Assembly (NCBI GenBank): GCA_040218645.1 | Contig: JAVJQZ010000005.1 | Span: 9,988 to 73,987 of the forward strand | DNA from: Rhodospirillales bacterium | GTDB lineage: Bacteria > Pseudomonadota > Alphaproteobacteria > Rhodospirillales > Casp-alpha2 | DNA length: 64,000 bases | Direction: 5' to 3' | Shown: positions 10,099-18,814 of the stretch, one piece after another | Layout of the letters: each line of letters starts with the position of its first letter | Numbering within the stretch: the stretch's first letter is position 1 | Position numbers and translations under genes: made by a program | Notes under the pieces: model-generated | Databases searched by the model: none | What the model was told of the DNA's origin: nothing | Seen by the model: only the letters and a program-made list of their open reading frames with translations

Positions 10099-10716
10099 AT
10101 GAAACGTTCCATTTTTGCCCTCATCGCCGTCCTTATGGTGTCCTTTACCGCCGTGGCCCATGCCGACGGTCTGGAAGACGGCGCCACCGCCTTTATCAAG
10201 GCCCTTGAACGCGAAGCCGTGGAGTCCCTGACCGATCCCGCCAAGGAGCGTTCGGAACGGGTCAAGGCGTTCCGCCAGCTGTTTGAAGAGAAGTTTGCCG
10301 TCGCGGCTATCGGCAAGTGGACGCTCGGCCGCAACTGGCGCCGGGCCAGCGAGGAGGAACAGAAGGAATTCCTGCACCTGTTCGAAGACCTGATGGTGGC
10401 GATGTACGTCGACCGGTTCGAAAACTATGCCGGTGAAAAGCTGAATATTCTGAAGACGACCCCGGTCGATGAAAACCGCGCCACGGTCCATACGGAAATC
10501 ACCCGGCCCGACGGGACGGACGGCAAGCCGATCAGCGTGCTGTGGCGGGTCGGCCGTCAGGGCGATATCTACAAGGTCCTCGACGTTGTTATCGAAGGCG
10601 CCTCGATGAGCATCACCCTGCAAAAGGAATTCGCCTCGATCATCAAGAATACCGGCAGTGTCGGCGGGCTTCTTGAAGAACTGCGCAAGAAGACAGCCGA
10701 ACTTAATCCCTCCTGA
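10099..10716 (+). CDS. mlaC: MlaC/Ttg2D family phospholipid-binding periplasmic protein
   Basis: The Met at 10099 starts signal peptide MKRSIFALIAVLMVSFTAVAHA. Toluene-tolerance Ttg2D-like body, adjacent to mlaA. Confidence 0.8.
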   Translation: MKRSIFALIAVLMVSFTAVAHADGLEDGATAFIKALEREAVESLTDPAKERSERVKAFRQLFEEKFAVAAIGKWTLGRNWRRASEEEQKEFLHLFEDLMVAMYVDRFENYAGEKLNILKTTPVDENRATVHTEITRPDGTDGKPISVLWRVGRQGDIYKVLDVVIEGASMSITLQKEFASIIKNTGSVGGLLEELRKKTAELNPS

Positions 10717-10940
10717 TTCCGTTTGTTCTCAGGGATTTACATGTCCTTTTAGAGGGTCATCAATTATTCAATTGAGAATTACTGTGGATTCGCTATCCTC
10801 AGTATACGTGCACAGTCGTGAGTTTTTCTGACCACCCGTTTCCACGGCGAGCCCAGTTACTTCCCGACATTGTGAACGTTACCCGGAGTCATGCAGTGGT
10901 TGCAGCTCCGAAGAAGTTGATGTCGTGAAAGGGAATTATC

Positions 10941-11150
10941 ATGGCAAACGGAACCGTAAAATGGTTCAACCCGACCAAGGGGTACGGCTTTATCGAACCC
11001 GAAGATGGCTCGAAGGACGCCTTCGTGCACATCAGCGCTGTTCAGCAGTCGGGCCTTGCGGGACTGACCGAAGGCCAAAAAGTCAGCTACGAGCTGGTTG
11101 AAGGCCGGGGCGGCAAGATGGCCGCCGAGAACCTCGAGATCATCGAGTAA
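10941..11150 (+). CDS. cspA: cold-shock protein, CspA family
   Basis: [15 protein letters not shown] (RNP1) and DAFVHIS (RNP2). 69 aa with a long upstream leader. Confidence 0.96.
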   Translation: MANGTVKWFNPTKGYGFIEPEDGSKDAFVHISAVQQSGLAGLTEGQKVSYELVEGRGGKMAAENLEIIE

Positions 11151-11220
11151 GCGACGCTGAAGAACGAATAAAACGGGGCGCGAAACCCGCACCCCGGCCG
11201 TCCCGGACGGCACTATCTCA

Positions 11221-11279
11221 CGAACGGTCAACCCGGTTCGAGGTTCCCTCACCGCGGATGCCGTTCGATTTCTTTTTTT
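11221..11279 (+). terminator. possible intrinsic terminator downstream of cspA
   Basis: cgaacgg (11221-27) pairs with ccgttcg (11261-67) and is followed by atttcttttttt. The loop is large, so confidence is low. Confidence 0.3.
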
Positions 11280-11459
11280 CAGGGCTGAATTTGCAAAGCG
11301 GGCTCTCTTCCGGGCCGGTCCCGGGGTCGTTTCTTGATAGGTCCGCTCACCTGAATGTTATTTGCCGGCGTCCTGCGGCACGTGTGACACAGGCGCCTCA
11401 AAGGATGGAGGCGGCAATACAGGTTTGACGTTGCCCATGGTGTGTGAGGAAGTGTCACG

Positions 11460-11873
11460 ATGAATACCAGGATGTCATATGAAATGATTGATGAAGGCGA
11501 CGGCCTGGTGTTCCGGATTTCCGGCACGGTGACGGCGACGGGCCTGATGGACGCGACGGTCGCCGGATGGCAGCACCCGTCGTGGGACACGATGCGCTAT
11601 CAGATCTGGGATTTTTCCAAGGCCGCCGAAATCCGTATCGACAACACCAATGCGCTGGCTTTCGCGGATATGGAAATCAGCGCGAAACGAAACAGGATAC
11701 CGATGCGCATCGCTTCGGTGGTTGCCGATCAGAAGATGAAAAGCATCTGCGAGCGCTTTGCAGGGCAGGTCAGCAGCGAAAGTATTTCCGCCGCCACGTT
11801 CCTGGACGAGGCCGATGCACGTCAGTGGATCGCGGAGGGCGTCGAGAGTGGTGACGTGGAAGCAAAATGCTAG
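11460..11873 (+). CDS. hypothetical protein (possibly STAS/SpoIIAA-like fold)
   Basis: SD gaggaag upstream. 137 aa, acidic, ending FLDEADARQWI, which resembles STAS-domain C-termini. No firm motif. Confidence 0.55.
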   Translation: MNTRMSYEMIDEGDGLVFRISGTVTATGLMDATVAGWQHPSWDTMRYQIWDFSKAAEIRIDNTNALAFADMEISAKRNRIPMRIASVVADQKMKSICERFAGQVSSESISAATFLDEADARQWIAEGVESGDVEAKC

Positions 11874-12011
11874 CGCAAAATGAATTCAGAAGGTGACTGG
11901 CAAAATATAGACGGCTCAGTCATGTTAGTCGGCATGTGCATGAGGCATTTCTACAAAAGTACTAATTTGGTAAAAGTGTACTAATTTGTTATTGGCTCAT
12001 TTTTACGCAGT

Positions 12012-12614
12012 ATGGAACGCTATCAGCAAATGACTCAATTTTCTGAGATTATTCAGCGGAAATACCAGATTGAAGTTACCAAGCATGCAGACACGATACT
12101 TCGATATGATTTTCCCACAGAATGGAATGACATTACGTCTCTGCTAGAGTCGTTCAAGCTCAAGAAGTCTTGGATAGTAAAACCAGGAGGACGAAAATCT
12201 AAAGTTGCTGAAGCGATTGATGGGTATCTCTTCCCCAAAGGTTGGTCTGAAAAACAATTTAACACTGAAATTATCACGGATGGGGATAGCCGAGAAAACC
12301 CAACTCACAAAATTGATTGCTATAAGAATCGCGTAGCGTTTGAGGTTGAGTGGAATAATAAGACTGAATTTTACGACAGAGACTTGAGCAATTTTAGGAT
12401 CCTCAACGAACTCGGCAACATTAGCATCGGCATAATTTTAACGCGTGCGACGACTCTAAATGAAGTATTGTTCTCATTAAGAGACAAGCAAAGTTACGGA
12501 GCGTCGACGACCCATATGGACAAATTAATCCCTCGCCTGGGTGGTGGTGCAGGGGGAGGTTGTCCTATAATTGCCCTAGGAATCACACCGGAGTGCTATG
12601 AAAATGACGATTAA
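12012..12614 (+). CDS. type II restriction endonuclease, BglII/BamHI-fold (PD-(D/E)XK)
   Basis: HKIDCYKNRVAFEVEWNNKTEFYDRDLSNF...ISIGIILTRA parallels the remembered BglII core DIDFGKRDTLVEVQFSNYPF...KVAIIITKG. Overlaps a methyltransferase gene by 17 nt. Confidence 0.7.
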   Translation: MERYQQMTQFSEIIQRKYQIEVTKHADTILRYDFPTEWNDITSLLESFKLKKSWIVKPGGRKSKVAEAIDGYLFPKGWSEKQFNTEIITDGDSRENPTHKIDCYKNRVAFEVEWNNKTEFYDRDLSNFRILNELGNISIGIILTRATTLNEVLFSLRDKQSYGASTTHMDKLIPRLGGGAGGGCPIIALGITPECYENDD

Positions 12615-13242
12615 TGTAAATGAAGAGTTTCTGAGCACTCTTGGTGATGAGAAATATAAGACAGTTCTGGCTGACCCCCCTTGGCAATTTCAAAACAAGA
12701 CAGGGAAAATCGCTCCTGAGCACAAAAGACTCAATCGATATGCGACGATGACTTTAGACGATATTAAAAGTCTTCCGGTCCCCAAGGTTATCGGAGACCA
12801 AGCCCATCTTTATCTTTGGGTACCTAACGCGTTGCTGCAAGAGGGACTGAATGTGATGGACGCATGGGGTTTCCAATATAAGTCCAATCTTGTCTGGCAA
12901 AAAATTCGAAAAGATGGAGAGCCTGACGGGAGAGGTGTTGGTTTCTATTTCAGAAATACCACAGAGATGATCCTCTTCGGGGTGCGTGGCAAAAATTTCA
13001 GAACACTCGCACCTGCACGAAGCCAAGTTAATGTAATCAAATCGCGTAAGCGGGAGCATTCACGCAAACCTGACGAGCAATACCAGATTATAGAAAGTTG
13101 CTCTCCCGGCCCCTACTTAGAGCTGTTCGGTCGAGGTCAGCGCGATAATTGGACTACTTGGGGCAATCAAGCAGAAGACTATGAAATTAAATGGAAAACC
13201 TACGCACACAATTCACAACAAGTCGCACCTCCTGCTGAATAG
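12598..13242 (+). CDS. MT-A70 family DNA N6-adenine methyltransferase
   Basis: VLADPPWQF (motif IV DPPW), HLYLWVPN, AWGFQY, EHSRKPDE and ELFGRG..W..WGNQ. GGAG lies 6 nt before the ATG. Confidence 0.88.
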   Translation: MKMTINVNEEFLSTLGDEKYKTVLADPPWQFQNKTGKIAPEHKRLNRYATMTLDDIKSLPVPKVIGDQAHLYLWVPNALLQEGLNVMDAWGFQYKSNLVWQKIRKDGEPDGRGVGFYFRNTTEMILFGVRGKNFRTLAPARSQVNVIKSRKREHSRKPDEQYQIIESCSPGPYLELFGRGQRDNWTTWGNQAEDYEIKWKTYAHNSQQVAPPAE

Positions 13243-13371
13243 CGCTTTGTACCCAAGAGCAGTTAAAAGCATTCGGGATTTGCTTCCCGTGAGTAATTAT
13301 TTCCCCTGCATTTGATGCAGTTGAACGCCCCACCAACCCGGACAGCATCAATCAGGTCTCTGGCCCTGACC

Positions 13372-13632
13372 CTACGGCCCATGCAGTTCCCGCAGGTTGA
13401 GGAAGAACACCAGCCCCCCGATCAAGAGATACAGCAGGCTGCTGCCGCTGAAGATCATCGTCATCGTGAAGGCGGGCGTTCCCTCCTTCGACGTCAGGCA
13501 CGTGAGCAAGGAAACAACACCGAAAATCAGCCCGGCGACCCATGCGACAATCCCGAAATTGGCGACCCAGGCGGCCAGTCCGGCCAGATAGAAAATAACG
13601 ATCACTAAAGCGGATATTCTGAATATACTCAT
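13372..13632 (-). CDS. small integral membrane protein (3 predicted TM helices)
   Basis: MSIFRISALVIVIFYLAGLAAWVANFGIVAWVAGLIFGVVSLL... is strongly hydrophobic. The ATG at 13632 is preferred over the TTG at 13638. Confidence 0.5.
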   Translation of the reverse strand: MSIFRISALVIVIFYLAGLAAWVANFGIVAWVAGLIFGVVSLLTCLTSKEGTPAFTMTMIFSGSSLLYLLIGGLVFFLNLRELHGP

Positions 13633-13740
13633 CGTCAAACTCGCATCGAATTACGCTACGCGGCGACAAATCTACCCTGCCTCACCGAACGAAATCACCA
13701 ACTCATTTTATTCATCTGTACCTTTGAAGCGGGCGGCATA

Positions 13741-14094
13741 TCAGGGCGGCTTGCGGTCGATTTCCTTTTCCAGCAACGCCAGATTTTTGCGGTTGGATTT
13801 CCAGAAAAAGTCGACCACGTCGCCCAGCAGCGGCACCGACCCGACGGCATAGTCGATGCCGACGTTGGCGAGCATCCTGATCAGCACCGGTTTCGAGACA
13901 CCCATTTTGTGGGCACGGGCAACGATCAGCAGACCCGCGGCCAGCGTGACCGTATCGCCGACGACGGGCAGCAGCCCCAGGATGCCGTCCAGTCCGAACG
14001 TCATTTTCGTGCCGGGAATGCGGATCCAGTTGTCGAGCAGATCGGCATGCTTTTTCAGCCGCTCCAGTTCACGCCGTGTTTCCCTGTCCGCCAT
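13741..14094 (-). CDS. DUF4112 domain membrane protein
   Basis: IRIPGTKMTFGLDGILGLLPVVGD...NVGIDYAVGSVPLLGDVVDFFWKSNRKN matches the DUF4112 pattern. The start ATG overlaps the MFS stop (ATGA at 14092-14096). The track's 220-aa version is over-extended. Confidence 0.8.
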   Translation of the reverse strand: MADRETRRELERLKKHADLLDNWIRIPGTKMTFGLDGILGLLPVVGDTVTLAAGLLIVARAHKMGVSKPVLIRMLANVGIDYAVGSVPLLGDVVDFFWKSNRKNLALLEKEIDRKPP

Positions 14095-15344
14095 CAGAAC
14101 GGCTGATCCAGCCGGTTGACCTTGCGGATCGCCGGGAACATCTTCCACCACAGCGCGGCGATGCCGACCGTGGCGATGCCGCCGAACAGCACCGCGCCGA
14201 CACTGCCGATGCCGCCGGCCATGATCCCGGCGCGGAAGTCCCCGAGCTCGTTGGAGGCATTGATCGACACCGAGTTGACGGCGCTGACCCGGCCCCGCAT
14301 GTGATCGGGCGTGGCGATCTGCACCAGGGTCTGGCGCACGTAAACGCTGATCATGTCGGCGGCGCCGTACACCGCGAGCGCGGCGATCGACAGCCAGAAC
14401 CACGTCGACAGACTGAAGACGATGATCGACAGCCCGAAGATCGCCACCGAAACGAACAGCGCCGGCCCCATCCGTCCGGGTGCCGGCATCTGCGTCAGGA
14501 TCAGCCCGACAACCAGCGACCCGGCCCCGGGGGTGGCCCGCATCAGCCCCAGGCCGTCCGGACCGACATGCAGGATATCCTTGGCGAACACCGGCAGCAG
14601 ACCCATGACACCGCCGAACAGCACGGCCATCAGGTCGATGGAGATCGCGCCCAGCACCAGCTTGTTGTGCCAGATGTAGTTGAAGCCGCCAACCACGGTC
14701 CGCAGTCCGAACGGTTCCGGCGCCTGCACCTTGATCCGCCGTCCGATCAGTGCCGCCGCGCTGCCGGCTATGACAAAGGCAAACAGAATGGCGATATAGG
14801 CCCCGGTATCGAACAGCGCGATCAGCAGGCCGCCCAGCGCCGGCCCCAGCAGCTGCGCCCCCTTGTTGGCCGAGCTGGCGAAGGCGATGGCACGGGGAAA
14901 GATCGCGGCACTGACCAGATTGGGCAGGATCGCCTGCGACGTGGTATGAAAGAAGGACCGCGCCGCGCCGTGCAGGACCAGAATCCCGAGCACCATGCCG
15001 ACGGAAACCGTCTCGGCGTTGAACGCGTTTATCAGCGCCGCGACGGCGATGACGTGGACGATGTTGCAGATCACGACGATGCCCCGGCGCTCGAAGCGGT
15101 CGGCGGCCATGCCGGCGAGCAGAAACAGCAGCAGCGCGGGCGCGAACTGGGCCAGGCCGATCAGCCCCAGGTCAACCGGGTCGCCGGTGATCTTGTAGAT
15201 ATGCCAGCCGACGGCGACGGTCAGGGCATGCACGCCCATGGAATTGAACGTGCGGCACGTCACGAACAGCAGAAAATCCCTGTTCCGGAACAGCGGCGGC
15301 TCGGGTGCGGGAGCTGATGCGGATGCATCTTCAGGGGTGGTCAT
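14094..15344 (-). CDS. MFS transporter (EntS/MFS_3-like)
   Basis: 416 aa with about 12 TM segments. NRDFLLF...GMAADRFERR motif after TM2. Confidence 0.85.
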   Translation of the reverse strand: MTTPEDASASAPAPEPPLFRNRDFLLFVTCRTFNSMGVHALTVAVGWHIYKITGDPVDLGLIGLAQFAPALLLFLLAGMAADRFERRGIVVICNIVHVIAVAALINAFNAETVSVGMVLGILVLHGAARSFFHTTSQAILPNLVSAAIFPRAIAFASSANKGAQLLGPALGGLLIALFDTGAYIAILFAFVIAGSAAALIGRRIKVQAPEPFGLRTVVGGFNYIWHNKLVLGAISIDLMAVLFGGVMGLLPVFAKDILHVGPDGLGLMRATPGAGSLVVGLILTQMPAPGRMGPALFVSVAIFGLSIIVFSLSTWFWLSIAALAVYGAADMISVYVRQTLVQIATPDHMRGRVSAVNSVSINASNELGDFRAGIMAGGIGSVGAVLFGGIATVGIAALWWKMFPAIRKVNRLDQPF

Positions 15345-15526
15345 AAAACATCTTTAGCGCAGATGAATGATGTTGGACAGATCGATAATGTGATCCGGGA
15401 GCGTATCTTTCCCGTACAGATTGGCGTGACAATAGTATAATATTACGTGGATGGCGTTTAACCGCCATACGAAACCAACATGGCGCGTCCGGCCACAGCC
15501 GGCGCCAGAACCAAGGAGCATCTAAC

Positions 15527-15778
15527 ATGAAATCCAGCATATTCGCCTGTTTTGCCGCAGCCCTGATCATGGTCGCCTCGGCACCGGCTTTCGCCGGGTC
15601 GTGCCCGCTGCAAATGAAGAAAATCGACGCTGCACTGTCGAGCGCGAAACTGTCACAGGCCGATATGGGCAAGGTGACGGGCCTGCGCGCCAAGGGTGAA
15701 GCCCTGCACAAGGCCGGCAAGCATGCCGAGTCGGTCGCAGCCCTGAAAGAAGCGCAGAAGATTCTCGGTATCGAGTAA
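15527..15778 (+). CDS. small secreted helical protein, function unknown
   Basis: SD aaggag. Signal peptide MKSSIFACFAAALIMVASAPAFA. Confidence 0.6.
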   Translation: MKSSIFACFAAALIMVASAPAFAGSCPLQMKKIDAALSSAKLSQADMGKVTGLRAKGEALHKAGKHAESVAALKEAQKILGIE

Positions 15779-16071
15779 CCGTTTCCCCGACCCGCCGGCC
15801 CGGACAACAGGCATGCCGCCTCGGACCGGGCCGGATGGCGTCTGCCCCGGGCGGGCCATCGGCAGCGGCCATCCGGTGGCACCCCATCCCTGCAATAATT
15901 TTTCTTGTATAAAATCCTGATTGGGTCCACATCAGCGCCGTTCGGATCACGGCTCGGACGGCTTGCGGTTGATGCAGCCAGGGCATGGACCGGACCTCTT
16001 TTTTCGACAACAATATTTCGCGCCCTGCAGGCCGGACGGTGTTCTGCTGACGGGGACGCTACAGGATCACC

Positions 16072-17958
16072 ATGGGCAATCTGGACGTCGTTCACCGGGA
16101 AAAATTCGGCACCCTTCTGGGCATCGCAGAGGGCGGGGTCGAGGTATATTCCAGCCATTATCCGAGCGCTGACCGGACCGACCTGCCGAACCGCCAGGCC
16201 TACCGCAGTTACGTCGACGGCGTGTTCATGGGCTACAAGTGGCAGTGCGTGGAACTGGCGCGGCGCTGGCTGTACACCAACCGGGGATATGTCTTCGACG
16301 ACATCGCCATGGCCTACGACATCTTCCGGCTGCGCTTCGTGACGGTGACGGTGGACAATACGAAGCTTGAACTGAAATCATTCGCCAACGGTGCGCGCCG
16401 CCGGCCGGAACCGGGCTGCCTGCTGATCTGGAACGAAGGCGGCGAGTTCGACGTCACCGGTCATGTCGCCGTGGTCTCGGAGGTCTTCGACGACAAAATC
16501 CGCGTCATTGAACAGAACGTCGAGGATAAACTGTGGCCGGACGGCCAGTCGTGGTCCCGTGAGCTTGCGGTGACGCTGGAGGCGGACGGTTCCTACTGGA
16601 TCGACTGCACCTATGAAGACGCGGGCATCCTGGGCTGGGTGATCCAGACCGACGATGCCACACATGCCGAAGTGATCGAGGATGTCGATCCGCGGCTGTT
16701 CGATCTGGAACTGCGCACGGTGCCCGACCGGGGCAAGCCGGTGGATGGCTGGCTTGATCCCGCAGTACCCGACGAGGCCGCCTATATCCAGTCGATGGAA
16801 GGCTGCAGGCTCGCCGAGGACGATGCCGACCGCCTCAAGTATCTGTGTCTCACGGAAACCGCCAATCAGGAACTCAAGCGCGCGACCAATGAACTGCATG
16901 CGATGTTCATGCATGCCACCAACTTCGTCCTGCAGGACGACGAGCTGTTGCGCCGCTTCAACCTGCCGCCGGCGATCTGGTCCAGGCTGCATCAGAGCTG
17001 GGACAACCGCCGCAACGAAATGATTACCGGTCGGTTCGACTTTTCCATGTCGGCGCGCGGTCTCAAGGTCTACGAGTACAACTGCGATTCCGCGTCGTGC
17101 CACATGGAAACCGGCAAGGTGCAGGACCTGTGGGCGCAGCATTACGGCTGCCGGGACGGACGCTCCGCCGGGGTGCGGCTGCACCGTGAACTGGTCGACG
17201 CGTGGAAGGAATCCGCCGCCGGGGCGTTTCTGCACATCATGCAGGACCGCGACCTCGAGGAGACCTATCACGCCCAGTACATGAAATCGGCGATCGAAGC
17301 GGCAGGCATTCCGTGCACCATCATCAAGGGGGTGTCGAGCCTGACATGGGGTGACGACGGTCAGGTCGCCGACGCCGATGGGCGGCATATCGACTGGGTC
17401 TGGAAGACCTGGGCCTGGGAAACGGCCCTGGACGAAATCCGCGAACAGATTTCAGACGACGAAGCGAACCTGAGATTGCACAAGACCATCGACCGCACGA
17501 CGCAGGCGCCGCGGCTGGTCGACGTGCTGTTGCGGCCCGAAGTGATGGTGTTCGAGCCGCTGTGGACGCTGATCCCGTCGAACAAGGCGATCCTGCCGGT
17601 GTTGTGGATGCTGTATCCGGATCACCCGTATCTGCTGAAATCGACGTTCGAACTGGATGACGACCTGCGTGCCACGGGCTACGTGGTGAAACCGATCGTC
17701 GGGCGCTGCGGCCACAACATCGCGATCTATGACACGGACGACAATCTGGTCACGGAAACCGCCGGGAACTTCGAGGAACGCGACCAGATCTATCAGGAGA
17801 TGTTCGCGCTGCCGAAGCTCGACGGCAAGAACGTGCAGGTCTGCACCTTCACGGCGTCGGGGACCTATGCCGGTGCATGCATCCGCGCCGATGCGGCGAG
17901 TATCATCACGGTCGACAGCGACATTCTGCCGCTTCGGGTCGTGGCCGACCCGAGCTAA
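16072..17958 (+). CDS. gss: bifunctional glutathionylspermidine synthetase/amidase
   Basis: Collinear with E. coli Gss as remembered: FGTLLG..YSS, YKWQCVELARRW and GHVAVVS (CHAP amidase), ATNELH, GRFDF..RGLKVYEYNCDSASCH, WKTWAWET, LLRPEV.VFEPLW, VKPI.GRCG. Confidence 0.95.
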   Translation: MGNLDVVHREKFGTLLGIAEGGVEVYSSHYPSADRTDLPNRQAYRSYVDGVFMGYKWQCVELARRWLYTNRGYVFDDIAMAYDIFRLRFVTVTVDNTKLELKSFANGARRRPEPGCLLIWNEGGEFDVTGHVAVVSEVFDDKIRVIEQNVEDKLWPDGQSWSRELAVTLEADGSYWIDCTYEDAGILGWVIQTDDATHAEVIEDVDPRLFDLELRTVPDRGKPVDGWLDPAVPDEAAYIQSMEGCRLAEDDADRLKYLCLTETANQELKRATNELHAMFMHATNFVLQDDELLRRFNLPPAIWSRLHQSWDNRRNEMITGRFDFSMSARGLKVYEYNCDSASCHMETGKVQDLWAQHYGCRDGRSAGVRLHRELVDAWKESAAGAFLHIMQDRDLEETYHAQYMKSAIEAAGIPCTIIKGVSSLTWGDDGQVADADGRHIDWVWKTWAWETALDEIREQISDDEANLRLHKTIDRTTQAPRLVDVLLRPEVMVFEPLWTLIPSNKAILPVLWMLYPDHPYLLKSTFELDDDLRATGYVVKPIVGRCGHNIAIYDTDDNLVTETAGNFEERDQIYQEMFALPKLDGKNVQVCTFTASGTYAGACIRADAASIITVDSDILPLRVVADPS

Positions 17959-18017
17959 AATGAGGGTCGTGGCCGACCCGGCTGAGACAAGGGTCGTGGC
18001 CGACCCTAGCTGATACG
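17936..18017. repeat. three tandem ~27-28-nt repeats, each with hairpin GGGTCG-TGGC-CGACCC. The first copy contains the gss stop.
   Basis: gggtcgtggccgacccgagctaaaatga / gggtcgtggccgacccggctgagacaa / gggtcgtggccgaccctagctgatacg. Lies between the convergent gss and 18029..18538. Confidence 0.85.
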
Positions 18018-18028
18018 GGGGGTGTGTA

Positions 18029-18538
18029 TCAGCCGAGCGCGATCCGCTGCATCGCCAGATGTACGACCACGGCGCCCAGCGTCACGGTCAGGATCATGAA
18101 AACCAGAAGCGTATAGCGATGCAGGTTGCCTTCGCGGGGTGATTTGATGGCGCGGATATCGCGGAACAGGCTCGACATGTGCTCGGCCATGGCATCGATC
18201 TTGCGCTGTTCATTGTGCATCCAGAACTGATAGATGATCAGCGTGAAAATGACGGCGGCCGTCAGCACGATGGTGATGCCCATGAATTTCTGTGTCAGTG
18301 CCAGTCTGGCGTCGACGAGATCGGCGATGAAAATCAGACCGAGGAACGTCAGCAGGGTTGCGCCGACGGTCCGCCACTGGTGGTTCTTGACGAAGCGCAG
18401 TGTTTCGGTGCTTTCCGCATAGAGCGCACGGACTTCGTTATGTGTATTGTCGTCAAGCGCCGACGGGACGATGTCCTTGATATCCGCATCGAGATCGGAT
18501 GATGAATCGCGATCCTTGGTGTTGTCTGCAGGGGCCAT
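18029..18538 (-). CDS. hypothetical membrane protein (acidic N-terminus, 3-4 TM)
   Basis: SD gggagg upstream. TM segments TLLTFLGLIFIADLV, ITIVLTAAVIFTLIIY and TLLVFMILTVTLGAVVV. Confidence 0.6.
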   Translation of the reverse strand: MAPADNTKDRDSSSDLDADIKDIVPSALDDNTHNEVRALYAESTETLRFVKNHQWRTVGATLLTFLGLIFIADLVDARLALTQKFMGITIVLTAAVIFTLIIYQFWMHNEQRKIDAMAEHMSSLFRDIRAIKSPREGNLHRYTLLVFMILTVTLGAVVVHLAMQRIALG

Positions 18539-18814
18539 TTTGCACCTCCCAAATGACAGCCGGAAACTTCGTCAGGCTTACGAATCCGACACCAGGAATC
18601 CTAGCACTTTATGCCGCTCGGCGTTAGTGCGGTGATGCACCGGGCGGCGTTAGACATCATCCGTTGCGCTTAAAAAAGAATGCTCATTGCCGTCAAGCCG
18701 ACAGGTTGTGCAGTCTGATTCTTGCAATCGTTATTGTCGCGCGGGGACTCGCTGCATAGACTGGTGTTCCACGACGATCCAAATCAATACGACATAAATC
18801 CCGGGAGGATAACG

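Larger units (their letters stand above)
11874..13330. other. AT-rich islet (probable horizontal acquisition) carrying a two-gene type II R-M candidate
   Basis: Abrupt, visible drop in GC and a change in codon usage relative to both flanks. Contains only ORFs 12012..12614 and 12598..13242. Confidence 0.6.

Noticed and set aside
10717-10940. The long cspA leader as a specific cold-shock RNA thermosensor feature.
   Set aside because: A long 5' UTR is expected for cspA-family genes. However, I cannot identify the cold-box or define a structure by eye, so it is not listed as a feature.
11868-13256. TAGCGC present at both edges of the R-M islet (about 11870 and about 13245), considered as a possible target-site duplication.
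   Set aside because: Six nucleotides is too short to distinguish from chance, and no terminal inverted repeats accompany it.
15780-16071. A ~290-nt gap before gss and the ORFs overlapping it (15331..16158(-), 15905..16342(+)).
   Set aside because: Their translations are low-complexity with no motifs, so this is most likely just the gss promoter/leader. I saw no RNA motif I could name.
17936-18017. Whether the three 27-28-nt repeats are a CRISPR array.
   Set aside because: The units are directly adjacent with no spacers, only three copies exist, there are no cas genes, and the first copy is the end of the gss coding sequence.
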